64,000 bases of DNA, taken from Candidatus Nanopelagicales bacterium (GTDB lineage Bacteria; Actinomycetota; Actinomycetes; Nanopelagicales; Nanopelagicaceae). Below are positions 39,048 to 50,272 of this stretch, in pieces (position 1 is the first letter of the stretch; each line of letters opens with the position of its first letter). Below the pieces are notes generated by a model that was given only the letters and a program-made list of their open reading frames with translations, was not told the DNA's origin and made no database searches. The DNA is taken from positions 5,442 to 69,441 of the forward strand of contig JAURMX010000009.1 in the NCBI GenBank assembly GCA_030830475.1, written 5' to 3'. The translations under genes and the position numbers were made by a program.

Positions 39048-39692
39048 ATGGCTTACGAAAATTTGATTCGCCTTGCAGAGGTAATGAATCAACTTCGTTC
39101 GCCGGGTGGTTGCCCTTGGGATGCAGAGCAAACCCATGAATCGCTATTGAAGTATCTGCTGGAGGAATCCTACGAATTCATAGAATCTGTAGAGAGTGAA
39201 AATCGCATTGATATGCGTGAAGAGCTAGGCGATCTTTTGCTGCAGGTTTACTTCCACGCTCGGATAGCGCAAGAGCATAAATCACAACCGTTCAATATTG
39301 ATGATGTAGCCAAATCAGTTGCTGACAAGTTGATATCGCGGCATCCTCATGTGTTCTCAGATACAACGGTTGCCTCAAGCGGCGATGTATTGGAAAACTG
39401 GGAGCGGATTAAAAGAGAGGAAAAAGGTCGCACCTCTGCTCATGATGGTGTCCCGACCGGACAGCCGGCGTTGCCTTTAGCTGCAAAACTAATTTATCGG
39501 GCACAGAAAAATCATCTTGAGATGCCAGAGCTTCCAGCTGAAACACCGGTTGATGAGCAGATGTTGGGTGAGCAATTACTTTCACTGGTCTCATGGGCGG
39601 TGACTCATGATGTGGATCCCGAGGTGGCGCTGCGTAAAGCGGCATTGCAGTATCGAGCTCAGATGAGCGAGCAAGAAGCACAGCGCAAGTAA
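39048..39692 (+). CDS. mazG: MazG nucleoside triphosphate pyrophosphohydrolase
   Basis: LRSPGGCPWDAEQTHESLLKYLLEESYE and ELGDLLLQV are typical MazG motifs. Confidence 0.9.
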   Translation: MAYENLIRLAEVMNQLRSPGGCPWDAEQTHESLLKYLLEESYEFIESVESENRIDMREELGDLLLQVYFHARIAQEHKSQPFNIDDVAKSVADKLISRHPHVFSDTTVASSGDVLENWERIKREEKGRTSAHDGVPTGQPALPLAAKLIYRAQKNHLEMPELPAETPVDEQMLGEQLLSLVSWAVTHDVDPEVALRKAALQYRAQMSEQEAQRK

Positions 39693-41003
<1,311 letters not shown>

Positions 41004-41019
41004 TTTTTAAGGAGCGGAT

Positions 41020-41466
41020 ATGAGACGCAGAAAGTTAAAGCTGCGTTCGGCTCTGGAGGGGTTTGCGGAAAAGCGTGGCATCTCAACTCGGTTATTAATT
41101 TTATTTATTGTGCTTTTTGGTGTTTCGGTAACCCTGGCTCCGCCAACGCAGCATTACTTTGCACAAAGAGCCCAGATCAGCGCTCTAGAAGCAGATGTTG
41201 ATTCAAACCGTAAAAAGTTAGAAGAGGCGCGCGCTGAGTTACAGCGATGGCGCGATCCCGAGTACATAAAATCTCAAGCTCGAGACCGTTTACATTTCGT
41301 TTTGCCAGGAGAGCGGCAGTACATAATTCTTGGGATCAATAATCAGGTTGATGATGGAACCTCAACCGCGGCCCCCATTAATCAAGACTTTCCTTTGGGC
41401 GTGCCTTGGTACTCCCGAGTTATCTCCTCCATTACCTCAGTCGGTGTCGGAGCGCCAACTCCGTGA
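41020..41466 (+). CDS. ftsB: Septum formation initiator family protein (FtsB/DivIC)
   Basis: Single TM followed by a coiled coil (ISALEADVDSNRKKLEEARAELQRW) and the DPEYIKSQARDRLHFV motif. Position after eno matches other Actinobacteria. Confidence 0.8.
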   Translation: MRRRKLKLRSALEGFAEKRGISTRLLILFIVLFGVSVTLAPPTQHYFAQRAQISALEADVDSNRKKLEEARAELQRWRDPEYIKSQARDRLHFVLPGERQYIILGINNQVDDGTSTAAPINQDFPLGVPWYSRVISSITSVGVGAPTP

Positions 41467-41978
41467 TCAACAAGCCAACTTCCGAGGATTTAGCAGCGAT
41501 TGAGATTCAACTTGGTCGCACCCCTAGAGATGTTCACGCTGTGGCGTATCGCTGCCCTTGCGGAAACCCAGCGGTTGTTGAAACGCCACCGCGGTTAAAT
41601 GATGGAACCCCATTTCCGACTTTTTACTACGCAACTTGTCCTAACTTAACCTCCGCAATTTCAACCTTAGAAAACTCAACTTTAATGTCAGAGATGAATG
41701 AACGGTTACAGCATGATGCGCAATTAGCTGGGGAGTACCGCGCAGCACATGATGATTATTTGGCGGCTCGAGCTGCATTGGGCATTGAAGTGCCGGAGAT
41801 CGCAGATGTATCGGCCGGCGGTATGCCGGATCGAGTTAAGTGTTTACATTCATTAATTGCCCATTCCTTGGCTGCAGGAACAGGCGTTAATCCACTTGGT
41901 GATGAAGCTTTGTCAAAACTGCCACAGTGGTGGCAAAACGGAGATTGTTTAGAGCGACGCAATCAGGAGAAAAACTAA
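41463..41978 (+). CDS. DUF501 domain-containing protein
   Basis: CPCGNPAVVET...FPTFYYATCP and VKCLH motifs. Conserved eno-ftsB-DUF501-ppx order. GTGA overlap with the ftsB stop was chosen as the start. Confidence 0.8.
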   Translation: MINKPTSEDLAAIEIQLGRTPRDVHAVAYRCPCGNPAVVETPPRLNDGTPFPTFYYATCPNLTSAISTLENSTLMSEMNERLQHDAQLAGEYRAAHDDYLAARAALGIEVPEIADVSAGGMPDRVKCLHSLIAHSLAAGTGVNPLGDEALSKLPQWWQNGDCLERRNQEKN

Positions 41979-42893
41979 ATGTCACGGGTAGCAGCAATTG
42001 ATTGTGGAACTAACTCAATTCGATTGTTAATTGCCGATGTTTCAGGTGACAACTTTTGTGAAATTTATAGAACCATGGAGATTGTTCGACTGGGTCAAGG
42101 GGTAGATCAAAACAAAGCCTTTCACCCCGATGCTTTGGAGCGCACATTTAAAGCGGTGGGTTTGTTTGCTGATGAAATCAGTAGACGAGGAGTGTCCAAG
42201 ATTAGGTTTTGTGCCACTAGCGCAACACGTGATGCCACAAACAGAGATCTATTTATCGACGGCGTTAAGAATCTATTGGGTGTTGCACCCGAGGTCATCA
42301 GCGGAGAAGAGGAGGCAAGACTCTCATTTCTTGGCGCGACCAAGGAGTTAAAGGGTTTTGGCGCCCCCTATCTAGTAATAGATATTGGTGGAGGTTCCAC
42401 AGAGTTTGTTTTTGGCGCAGAGACGGTGCAGTTTGCCAAGAGTCAGAACATTGGTTGTGTGCGGATGAGCGAGAGACATTTCACCTCGTTGCCACCAAAA
42501 CCAGATGAGATCGAAAGAGCGCGACAGGATATTGATGCGGCTATCAAAGAAGCGGCAAGTTTTGTGCCAATCACGGAGGCAAAGAGTTTGATCGCTGTAG
42601 CCGGAACAGCAACCACAGTTGCAGCTGCTGCGTTGGAGTTAGAACAGTATGACCGTTATGCGATTCATCTTTCCCGGATCTCTGCAGCTAAGACCCATGA
42701 GGTTGCCAATAATTTTCTAAAGATGAATAGGAAAGAGATTAGCTCGCTCGGATATATGCACCCTGGTCGAGTTGATGTAATCGCAGCAGGTTCTCTGGTG
42801 TTATCTAGAATTATGGAGTTTTCTAAAGCGCAGGAGTTTGTGGCATCGGAGTCAGATATTCTCGATGGAATGGCTTGGTCACTTGCCAACTAA
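41979..42893 (+). CDS. ppx: Exopolyphosphatase / Ppx-GppA family phosphatase
   Basis: AAIDCGTNSIRLLIA and IDIGGGSTEF ASKHA-fold phosphate loops. Confidence 0.9.
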   Translation: MSRVAAIDCGTNSIRLLIADVSGDNFCEIYRTMEIVRLGQGVDQNKAFHPDALERTFKAVGLFADEISRRGVSKIRFCATSATRDATNRDLFIDGVKNLLGVAPEVISGEEEARLSFLGATKELKGFGAPYLVIDIGGGSTEFVFGAETVQFAKSQNIGCVRMSERHFTSLPPKPDEIERARQDIDAAIKEAASFVPITEAKSLIAVAGTATTVAAAALELEQYDRYAIHLSRISAAKTHEVANNFLKMNRKEISSLGYMHPGRVDVIAAGSLVLSRIMEFSKAQEFVASESDILDGMAWSLAN

Positions 42894-42903
42894 CCCAGTC
42901 CGG

Positions 42904-43626
42904 TTGGCGCCAAAACTTCTTAACTTGAAGTTGCTAGACCAAGAGTTAATAAAGTGCACCGCATGTCCACGACTTGTACAGTGGCGAAAAGAGGTAGCGG
43001 TTACAAAGCGCCGTTCTTATCAAGTTGAAAAGTATTGGGGAAAGCCAATTACTGGTTTTGGTCCGACCGATGCAAAGGTTGCGGTAATTGGATTAGCACC
43101 TGGTGCGCATGGTGCTAATCGCACCGGTCGAGTCTTTACCGGTGATAGCTCTGGAGATTGGCTGTATAGATCGCTACATAAAAATGGTCTCGCAAAGATT
43201 CCAACCAGCAACTCCTTAGATGATGGTCAGGAGTTAATCGACACTCGAATCATGTGCGCGGTGCGATGTGTTCCACCAGGAAACAAACCCAGCATTGAAG
43301 AAACAAAGAAGTGTCAGCCTTGGTTATTGAGGGAGGTTGAGCTGCTCTTCCCAACAACTCGAAGCTACCTAGCTCTAGGTGGGATCGCTTGGCGCGCGAT
43401 TATTGATGCACTTGCCGAGCTGGGTGAGGAATTGCCTAGAAACCGCCCAAAGTTTGGCCACGGCGCCCAGTTCAACTTTCTGGGTAGTGATGGGAATACT
43501 AGATTGGTCATTGGGAGTTACCATCCCAGCCAGCAGAATACTTTTACGGGAAAGCTAACGCGGACCCAATTGGATTCGGTGGTGAAAAAGGCAGGTAGAT
43601 TTGCCCACTCAGGTAAGCCCCTGTAG
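42904..43626 (+). CDS. Uracil-DNA glycosylase, family 5 (UDGb-type, 4Fe-4S)
   Basis: CTACPRLVQWRKEV, GLAPGAHGANRTGRVFTGD, VRCVPPGNKP, YHPSQQNTFTG are collinear with Thermus/Mycobacterium UDGb. The start is uncertain (TTG 42904; ATG 42865 is an alternative). Confidence 0.85.
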   Translation: MAPKLLNLKLLDQELIKCTACPRLVQWRKEVAVTKRRSYQVEKYWGKPITGFGPTDAKVAVIGLAPGAHGANRTGRVFTGDSSGDWLYRSLHKNGLAKIPTSNSLDDGQELIDTRIMCAVRCVPPGNKPSIEETKKCQPWLLREVELLFPTTRSYLALGGIAWRAIIDALAELGEELPRNRPKFGHGAQFNFLGSDGNTRLVIGSYHPSQQNTFTGKLTRTQLDSVVKKAGRFAHSGKPL

Positions 43627-43689
43627 CCCAACGGCAGAGGCAGACGACTTAAAATCGTCCAAGTGTGGGTTCGACCCCCACCGGGGGCA
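43617..43689 (+). tRNA. tRNA with anticodon TAA (Leu by anticodon) but class-I architecture (5-nt variable region)
   Basis: Hand fold, 73 nt: acceptor GCCCCTG/CGGGGGC, D arm GCC-CAACGGCAGA-GGC, anticodon arm GACGA-CTTAAAA-TCGTC, variable CAAGT, T arm GTGGG-TTCGACC-CCCAC, discriminator A. The first 10 nt overlap the UDG CDS end. Confidence 0.7.
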
Positions 43690-43733
43690 CATATCTGCCA
43701 GCAGTTCTGATGCGAACTACTAAAAGGAGAGCA

Positions 43734-44546
43734 ATGAATAGTTCAAATCCCGTACTCGGCAAGGCATTTGGTCAGCAAAATGGTCAGGGCAATGGTCGCG
43801 GTTTCGCCTCAATGGGTTCGGTGTTAACACCGGACAATCTAGAGGAGACATACAACGCACCCGCAGCATCATCGCTACGCACTGGTCGCATGACAATGGA
43901 TGATGTTGTCGCACGATCTGGAATGCTCTTTGGTATTTCCATCGTGGTTGGGGCAGCTGCTTGGTACTTAAATCTTGGCGGCGGAGCTTTGCTAGTTGGT
44001 TTTGTTGGTGGATTAATCACAGCCCTAGTTGGTGTTTTCAGTAAGAAAGTTCGCCCTGCTGTTTATCAAGCATATGCAGTTTGCCAAGGCCTAGTGCTTG
44101 GAATCATCAGCAAGACTTACGAACTCTTCTACGATGGCATCGTTCAACAGGCGATTGTTGCAACAGTTGCAGCTTTTGTTGGAATGTTGTTCCTCTACAA
44201 GAGTGGCCGACTACGTGCCACACCAAAGTTCACCCGTATGTTGCTAGGTGCAGCTCTTGGTTACTTGGTTTTGGCGGTCGGTAGCCTAATTAGCTCATTT
44301 TTTGGTGTTGGCAATGGCATGGGCCTATACGGCTTAAGTGGTTTTGGTCCATTGTTAGCAATAGCTGGTGTTGCAATCGCCTCCTTCTTCTTGATCCTAG
44401 ATTTTGATCAGATCGAAGAGGGTGTGCGCGCTGGCGTGCCTCAAGAAGAATCATGGCGTGCTGGTTTTGGCCTACTTATGACCATGGTTTGGTTGTATCT
44501 AGAGGTGCTGCGCTTACTTGCAATTTTGCGCGGCAATAACGACTAA
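43734..44546 (+). CDS. Bax inhibitor-1/YccA family membrane protein
   Basis: Seven hydrophobic segments and the C-terminal LILDFDQIEEG...WLYLEVLRLL signature of the actinobacterial BI-1/YccA family. AAGGAG RBS precedes ATG 43734. Confidence 0.85.
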   Translation: MNSSNPVLGKAFGQQNGQGNGRGFASMGSVLTPDNLEETYNAPAASSLRTGRMTMDDVVARSGMLFGISIVVGAAAWYLNLGGGALLVGFVGGLITALVGVFSKKVRPAVYQAYAVCQGLVLGIISKTYELFYDGIVQQAIVATVAAFVGMLFLYKSGRLRATPKFTRMLLGAALGYLVLAVGSLISSFFGVGNGMGLYGLSGFGPLLAIAGVAIASFFLILDFDQIEEGVRAGVPQEESWRAGFGLLMTMVWLYLEVLRLLAILRGNND

Positions 44547-45805
44547 CCCTCGTTTAATTGAGGTTTACGGGAATCCCCGAGGCTAGCGGTATTGGTCTCG
44601 GGGATTCTTATTGCGGCAATAATCGCAAGTGAAAACACCGCTGCACTAAATGCAATAGCGGTGCGGTAGGAGAAATAATCTGAGATAAAACCTAGCAGCA
44701 CAGGACCCACCATCATTCCGGCATCGCCCGCCATCTGCCAGAAGGCGTAAACCTTTCCACTCTTACCCTTTATTACATCTCCCACAATCGCTCCAGCAGA
44801 CGCGGCAAAACCCGCACCCAACCCCATAACAATCATGCCAAGTAGGTAGATGGTGGTGTTGGTTGATAAAACCAAAATAGCGAGGGCCAACATAACTATG
44901 GAGAAACCGGTCAGAATGACTGGTTTACGACCATTTTTATCGGAGTACCTTCCGGCGCGCACCATTACCGAACCTTGCGCAATCAAGGCAATGGTAAAGC
45001 TCAATCCCACTAGGGATGCGCTGGCACCTAAATCTTCAACTACGAATAGTGGCAAGATTGAGGAGCGCATGCCAAAGAGAATCCAACTCCCTAAGAAAGC
45101 CAAGAAAAGTGAGTAAAGGTAAGGCTTGATTTGTAACGCTTCACGGATAGTTAAAGCACGTTCCTCTTGATTTACTTCGACTTTTGCCCCTAAACGACTC
45201 TCATGTAGATAAATCATGGAAACAGTTCCAGCGGCGATCAATAGCCCTGAGTAAATAAAAAATGGAGCTCGTGGAGAAAGAGCGATTAGTGCGCCACCAA
45301 AGGCAGGTCCTGCTACTCCACCTGCGATAAATCCACCGTTATAAAGGGATTGCGCTCTACCTCTTTGATTATCTGCAACCACTCGGAGAATTAGCGCTCC
45401 TGCAGATACCGAGAACATTGAAGAGCCAAGACCACCCACGGTTCTAAATATGAGCAGCTGCTCATAACTTTGAGCTAAACCCGCCAGTAATGTGAATATC
45501 GAAACAATGAATAAGCCAAAGCCAAGAACGACTCTCTCTCCAAATCGATCGACTAATTTTCCGGAGAAGAGTCCTGATACAAATCTCATGATTGCGAAGG
45601 AGGAGATAATTAAGCCAATCAAAGTATTTGAGACGCCAAAGGTTTTTGCAAAGATTGGTATGGCTGGAATTATCAAACCGAAACCCACTGCGACCAAAAA
45701 TGAGATTGCGGTTAGGACGGAAACCTCTTTTGGAAGTCCCTTAAATGGGGATTTAATCTTTTTAGCCAAGCGCCTCTCCTGCCGCATCCTGTCTTGCTGA
45801 GGCAT
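44543..45805 (-). CDS. MFS transporter (12-TM type)
   Basis: 12 hydrophobic segments and the MFS loop 2-3 motif [10 protein letters not shown]. Start uncertain (it overlaps the upstream MFS gene). Confidence 0.85.
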   Translation of the reverse strand: MPQQDRMRQERRLAKKIKSPFKGLPKEVSVLTAISFLVAVGFGLIIPAIPIFAKTFGVSNTLIGLIISSFAIMRFVSGLFSGKLVDRFGERVVLGFGLFIVSIFTLLAGLAQSYEQLLIFRTVGGLGSSMFSVSAGALILRVVADNQRGRAQSLYNGGFIAGGVAGPAFGGALIALSPRAPFFIYSGLLIAAGTVSMIYLHESRLGAKVEVNQEERALTIREALQIKPYLYSLFLAFLGSWILFGMRSSILPLFVVEDLGASASLVGLSFTIALIAQGSVMVRAGRYSDKNGRKPVILTGFSIVMLALAILVLSTNTTIYLLGMIVMGLGAGFAASAGAIVGDVIKGKSGKVYAFWQMAGDAGMMVGPVLLGFISDYFSYRTAIAFSAAVFSLAIIAAIRIPETNTASLGDSRKPQLNEG

Positions 45806-47348
45806 GGCTTTGGCTATCCTGCAATGGCTTTTCCTCTAGTGCGATTGCAAAGAAGAAAGCTAGTGCAACAACTGGGAAGGCACTTAGGAACACAACTTGG
45901 AAAGAATCTGCAAAAGCCTCCAAAACCTTTGCCTGAATCTCTGCTGGCAAAGTTGCAATCATCGAGGTGTTGCTAGTTAAAGTCTCCAGGATTCCAGGTT
46001 CGACCGCTGTTGATCCACCAAGTTGAGTCTGTAGGTTCTCAGCAACTCGATTACTCAAGATAGTTCCAAATATCGCGGTTCCAAAAGCACCACCAAGGGA
46101 GCGGAAAAATGTGTTTGAGGAGGTAGCGATACCAAGATCTTTAAACTCCACCGCATTTTGGACCGCAATCACAATGGTTTGCATACATAGTCCTAATCCG
46201 CCACCGATAATTACTGCAAAAATAGCGATTTGCCAGTACGGGGTTGAAACATGTGCCGTGCTCATCAAGTAAACACCAAGGGCCATTAGTAAAGTACCGG
46301 AGACTGGATACTTCTTGTAGCGACCAGTTTTTGTGATTAGTCGACCACTCGTGACCGTAAAGCTAAGAATTCCGATCATCAAAGGAATTAGCCTTAATCC
46401 AGCATCTGTAGCAGAGTTACCTTGAATAATCTGAAGGTAAAGCGGCAACATAACAATCGCACCGAACATTCCCGCACCGATAATGAAACCGATAATTGAG
46501 GTTAAGGTGAAGGTGCGATTCTTGAACAAGTTCATAGGCAAAATCGGCTCTTTTGCTCTTAACTCCCAAATTACGAACAAAACAGCAAAGACCACACCAG
46601 CCAATAATGTGATTACGGTGCGAGAATCATTCCAACCATTTTCTGGGCCGAGCACTGATAGTGCGATCAATAGCGCTACGACTGAAATCACCATGAGCAG
46701 AGCACCAAGGAAATCAATCTTGTGTTCCCGCTTAACCCTTGGAATATGCAGGACCATTGAAGTAACTACTAGAGCCAGGATTCCAAAAGGTAGATTGATG
46801 TAGAAAATCCAACGCCAACCGGTAATACCAAGGATTGAGCCGCTATCTGAGAAAAAACCACCTAACAGCGGACCGGCAACTGAAGAGATTCCCCAAACTG
46901 CACCAAACAAACCTTGATACTTACCGCGCTCGCGAGGTGAAACTATATCGCCAACTATTACGAAGGTAAGACCCATCAAACCACCAGCGCCGATTCCTTG
47001 AATTGCGCGGGTAACAATTAGTTGTTCCATCGAGGTTGAAGCACCGGCTAAAAATGAGCCAATCAAAAATACAATAATAGAAAACTGATAAACCGGACGG
47101 CGTCCGTAGAGATCGGAGATTTTGCCGTACAAAGGTGTGGATGCGGTTGAAGTAAGCAGGTAGGCAGTAACGACCCAGGTGTAATGATTTAAGCCATTGA
47201 AATCTTCAACGATACTTTTTAATGCGGTTGAAACTATGGTTTGATCCAGCGCAGCCAGGAGTAATCCAGTCATAAGACTGGACATAATTATGAGAATCTC
47301 TCGGTGGGTTAGCGGCTTGGAGTGGTCTACTTTGGCTTTGTTGCGCAT
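45762..47348 (-). CDS. MFS transporter, DHA2 (EmrB/QacA, 14-TM) family drug:H+ antiporter
   Basis: [22 protein letters not shown] and 14 hydrophobic segments. 528 aa. Confidence 0.88.
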   Translation of the reverse strand: MRNKAKVDHSKPLTHREILIIMSSLMTGLLLAALDQTIVSTALKSIVEDFNGLNHYTWVVTAYLLTSTASTPLYGKISDLYGRRPVYQFSIIVFLIGSFLAGASTSMEQLIVTRAIQGIGAGGLMGLTFVIVGDIVSPRERGKYQGLFGAVWGISSVAGPLLGGFFSDSGSILGITGWRWIFYINLPFGILALVVTSMVLHIPRVKREHKIDFLGALLMVISVVALLIALSVLGPENGWNDSRTVITLLAGVVFAVLFVIWELRAKEPILPMNLFKNRTFTLTSIIGFIIGAGMFGAIVMLPLYLQIIQGNSATDAGLRLIPLMIGILSFTVTSGRLITKTGRYKKYPVSGTLLMALGVYLMSTAHVSTPYWQIAIFAVIIGGGLGLCMQTIVIAVQNAVEFKDLGIATSSNTFFRSLGGAFGTAIFGTILSNRVAENLQTQLGGSTAVEPGILETLTSNTSMIATLPAEIQAKVLEAFADSFQVVFLSAFPVVALAFFFAIALEEKPLQDSQSHASARQDAAGEALG

Positions 47349-47365
47349 GTTTTCCTAACGTAAAT

Positions 47366-48397
47366 TTGGCTCAAGACTCAAAGGTTACTACTCTCATCAC
47401 TGTGAAAAGTGTTATTGCAGAGAATTTGGTTAAAACCTATGACAAGGGCACTGTCAAAGCTCTAAATGGATTGAATCTAGATGTCGAAGAAGGCACGGTT
47501 TTAGGCGTACTTGGGCCAAATGGCGCTGGCAAGACTACAACTGTGAGAATTCTCGCAACATTGTTAACACCGGATTCGGGCCATGCAACAGTCGCTGGAA
47601 TTGATGTCATTAAAAATCCTGATCAAGTTCGCGAAGTAATTGGCTTGTCAGGTCAGTATGCAGCGGTTGATGAAACGCTTACTGGTTGGGACAACTTAGT
47701 TATGTTTAGCCGTTTGTATCACCTCTCGCCATCTGCTTCCAAAAAGAGAGCAGAGGAGTTACTCGAGCAGTTTTCTTTAACAGATGCGGCAAAACGTCCA
47801 ATCCGTACCTACTCAGGCGGAATGCGTCGCCGCTTAGATTTAGCTGCTTCTTTGATAGTAAGACCAAAGATTTTGTTCTTGGATGAACCTACTACCGGTT
47901 TAGATCCTCGTGGCCGCCAAGAGATGTGGGGCGTTATTGATTCATTGGTAAAAGATGGCACTACGCTTCTTTTGACCACCCAGTATTTGGAGGAAGCGGA
48001 TCAGTTAGCTGATGACATTGCTGTAATTGATCTCGGAACAGTGATTGCGCGAGGCACCTCTGATCAACTCAAGCGTCAGGTTGGCGGCGAGCGTTTAGAA
48101 ATCGTTGCTGAATCTCAGGATCTAAAAAAGGTTACAGAGATTGTGGAGCGAGTCAGCGGTGGAAAAGCTTTGGTGGAGGAAAGCTCCCGACAGGTATCGG
48201 CACCGGTTACAACAGGATCTAAGGCGCTGATTGAAGCAGCTCGATCCTTTGATGATGCGGGAATTCATCCATTGGATATTGGTTTAAAACGACCTTCGCT
48301 CGATGATGTCTTCATTGCTTTGACCGGCCATGCTGCGGAGGATAAGAAGGAAGAGGAAGTAGTTGATCCTCGGGCGCGAAAGAGGAAAAAGAAATGA
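47366..48397 (+). CDS. ABC transporter ATP-binding protein (DrrA/ABC-2 type)
   Basis: Walker A GPNGAGKTTT, signature YSGGMRRRL, Walker B ILFLDEPTTGLD. Start uncertain (GTG 47402 is an alternative). Confidence 0.9.
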   Translation: MAQDSKVTTLITVKSVIAENLVKTYDKGTVKALNGLNLDVEEGTVLGVLGPNGAGKTTTVRILATLLTPDSGHATVAGIDVIKNPDQVREVIGLSGQYAAVDETLTGWDNLVMFSRLYHLSPSASKKRAEELLEQFSLTDAAKRPIRTYSGGMRRRLDLAASLIVRPKILFLDEPTTGLDPRGRQEMWGVIDSLVKDGTTLLLTTQYLEEADQLADDIAVIDLGTVIARGTSDQLKRQVGGERLEIVAESQDLKKVTEIVERVSGGKALVEESSRQVSAPVTTGSKALIEAARSFDDAGIHPLDIGLKRPSLDDVFIALTGHAAEDKKEEEVVDPRARKRKKK

Positions 48398-49194
48398 AGT
48401 ATGCGATCTCTGACTCTTTAGTAGTTACCAAGCGGCAATTGCTGCAGCTCATCCGAGTTCCTGAAGTTTTGATCTTTTCAACTATCCAGCCAGTGATGTT
48501 TGTGCTCCTTTTCCGCTATGTATTCGGTGGCTCAATCTCAACTGGAATTCCCGGTGTTGATTATGTTCAATTGTTGATGCCCGGAATCTTTGTACAAACA
48601 GTGGCATTTACCTTGGCTGGCACCGCGGTTGGACTCGCTGAGGATATGCAAAAAGGATTAATTGATCGCTTTAGATCATTGCCAATCTCTAGATCTGCAG
48701 TGGTATTTGGCAGAGCATTAGGTGATAGCACCCTGAATATCGTGGTTTTAACAGTTATGGGGCTGGCAGGATATCTAGTGGGCTGGCGCCCTTCATCTGG
48801 GTTCTTAAATGTGATTCTAGGCTTTGCATTTCTGCTGCTCTTTGGCTTTGCCATGTCGTGGGTTGGCGTATTGATTGGGTTATCTGTGAGATCTGCGCGA
48901 GTTGCTAACGCAGCTGTTTTCATCGCGGTATTTCCACTCACCTTCCTGTCTAATGCTTTTGCACCAACCACAGGTATGCCAAAGGCGCTCCAGTACTTTG
49001 CAGAGTGGAACCCAGTTTCAACAATGGTGGCAGGATGCCGAGAGTTATTTGGGTTAGAAAATATTTTCGGTGTTACGGCAAACTCTTGGCCGAGCCAAAA
49101 CCCACTCGAGATGTCTTTGATCTATATGGTTTTGATTATGACGGTATTTATTCCGCTCAGTGTGCGGAAATACATCAATACCGCAGCTAAGTAA
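48394..49194 (+). CDS. ABC-2 type transporter permease
   Basis: Six TM segments and ABC-2 layout. ATGA overlap with the ATPase gene. Confidence 0.88.
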   Translation: MKYAISDSLVVTKRQLLQLIRVPEVLIFSTIQPVMFVLLFRYVFGGSISTGIPGVDYVQLLMPGIFVQTVAFTLAGTAVGLAEDMQKGLIDRFRSLPISRSAVVFGRALGDSTLNIVVLTVMGLAGYLVGWRPSSGFLNVILGFAFLLLFGFAMSWVGVLIGLSVRSARVANAAVFIAVFPLTFLSNAFAPTTGMPKALQYFAEWNPVSTMVAGCRELFGLENIFGVTANSWPSQNPLEMSLIYMVLIMTVFIPLSVRKYINTAAK

Positions 49195-49668
49195 TCAGCT
49201 GTAGATCTCAGCCTTAAGAACTTTAACCGAGATATTTTTGCCATTTGGCGCGGTGTAGCTTTTCTCTTCGCCAATCTTTGCGCCCATGACAGCGCTACCT
49301 AACGGGGACTTTTCACTGTAAACATCAATGTCGCCACTGGCGATCTCACGAGAGCCCAATAGGAACTGCATCTCATCACCCATAATCTCCACTGTAACTT
49401 TCATGCCGGGGGCAACGGTGCCTTCTGCAGCAGCAGGTGGTGTTCCAATCTCTGCATTTTCTAGCATGTGTTTTAGTTGGCGGATGCGCGCCTCCATCTT
49501 GCCTTGTTCCTCACGGGCAGCGTGGTAACCACCGTTCTCTTTTAGATCACCTTCGGCACGTGCCGACTCGATCTTTTTAACGATCTCAGATCTACCGGTT
49601 GTTTCGAGGTGCGCGAGCTCCGCAGCCAAACGGTCAGCTGCCTCTTGTGTTAACCAAGTCTTGCTCAT
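49195..49668 (-). CDS. greA: Transcription elongation factor GreA
   Basis: WLTQEAADRLAAELAHL..., GDLKENGGYHAAREEQ, C-terminal SEKSPLGSAVMGAKIGE. Start moved to MSKTWL. Confidence 0.93.
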   Translation of the reverse strand: MSKTWLTQEAADRLAAELAHLETTGRSEIVKKIESARAEGDLKENGGYHAAREEQGKMEARIRQLKHMLENAEIGTPPAAAEGTVAPGMKVTVEIMGDEMQFLLGSREIASGDIDVYSEKSPLGSAVMGAKIGEEKSYTAPNGKNISVKVLKAEIYS

Positions 49669-49691
49669 AAGTGGGGCCAAGCCTACTTTCT

Positions 49692-50114
49692 TCAACCCCG
49701 TGCTGCATGACAATCCAAAACCGCAGCATTAACCGCCGCTATGCGGGTTGGAATCGTGGTGGTAAAGCTTTGTTTTTCCAGGTTTGATGCGGGGATTAAC
49801 TGTTCGATTTCGCCAACCACATTTTTATCGATATCTCGGGCCAACAAAGTGCAGCGCAATTGCTGCCTGGGGTAACGTTGCTCAACTTGATAGGTAATCT
49901 CAATTGAATTAGCGGTTTCATTTTGAAAACTAATTAAGGTAACTCTGATCTCGGGGTTTGAATGGTGCCAGGCGCTCCAGGCTAGCCAGGGCAGAAATAT
50001 TGCAGCGAGAAGAATTGCTATTACTCGCCAACTGCGAGCACCTTCTCTATAACCATAACGCTGCCGCATCAAATCGCGAGTTTCAGGGGGGAGATTCGAG
50101 AATGCGGCAGGCAT
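49692..50114 (-). CDS. DUF4307 domain-containing membrane-anchored protein
   Basis: N-terminal TM (VIAILLAAIFLPWLAWSAW) followed by a beta-rich domain. It lies directly upstream of greA, as with the mycobacterial greA neighbour. Confidence 0.7.
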   Translation of the reverse strand: MPAAFSNLPPETRDLMRQRYGYREGARSWRVIAILLAAIFLPWLAWSAWHHSNPEIRVTLISFQNETANSIEITYQVEQRYPRQQLRCTLLARDIDKNVVGEIEQLIPASNLEKQSFTTTIPTRIAAVNAAVLDCHAARG

Positions 50115-50128
50115 GGGAGAATGATGTC

Positions 50129-50272
50129 ATGGAACAACCTGTATTTGATGCCGGTATTGCTGGTTCACTAACGATGATCTTCTTGACAGCTGCAACCGTG
50201 GTGTTGTTGCGTAGTCTCTATAAACGCTGGAAGCGGATGGAAGATCGTCGTTTAAATGATGAATCAAAGTAA
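50129..50272 (+). CDS. Possible small membrane protein (47 aa)
   Basis: MEQPVFDAGIAGSLTMIFLTAATVVLLRSLYKRWKRMEDRRLNDESK: one TM and a basic tail. It fills the gap between divergent genes. No homology evidence. Confidence 0.35.
   Translation: MEQPVFDAGIAGSLTMIFLTAATVVLLRSLYKRWKRMEDRRLNDESK

Noticed and set aside
43665-43733. An N-terminal extension of the YccA/BI-1 ORF.
   Set aside because: It would overlap the tRNA at 43617-43689. ATG 43734 has a strong AAGGAG RBS, and the family N-terminus starts there.
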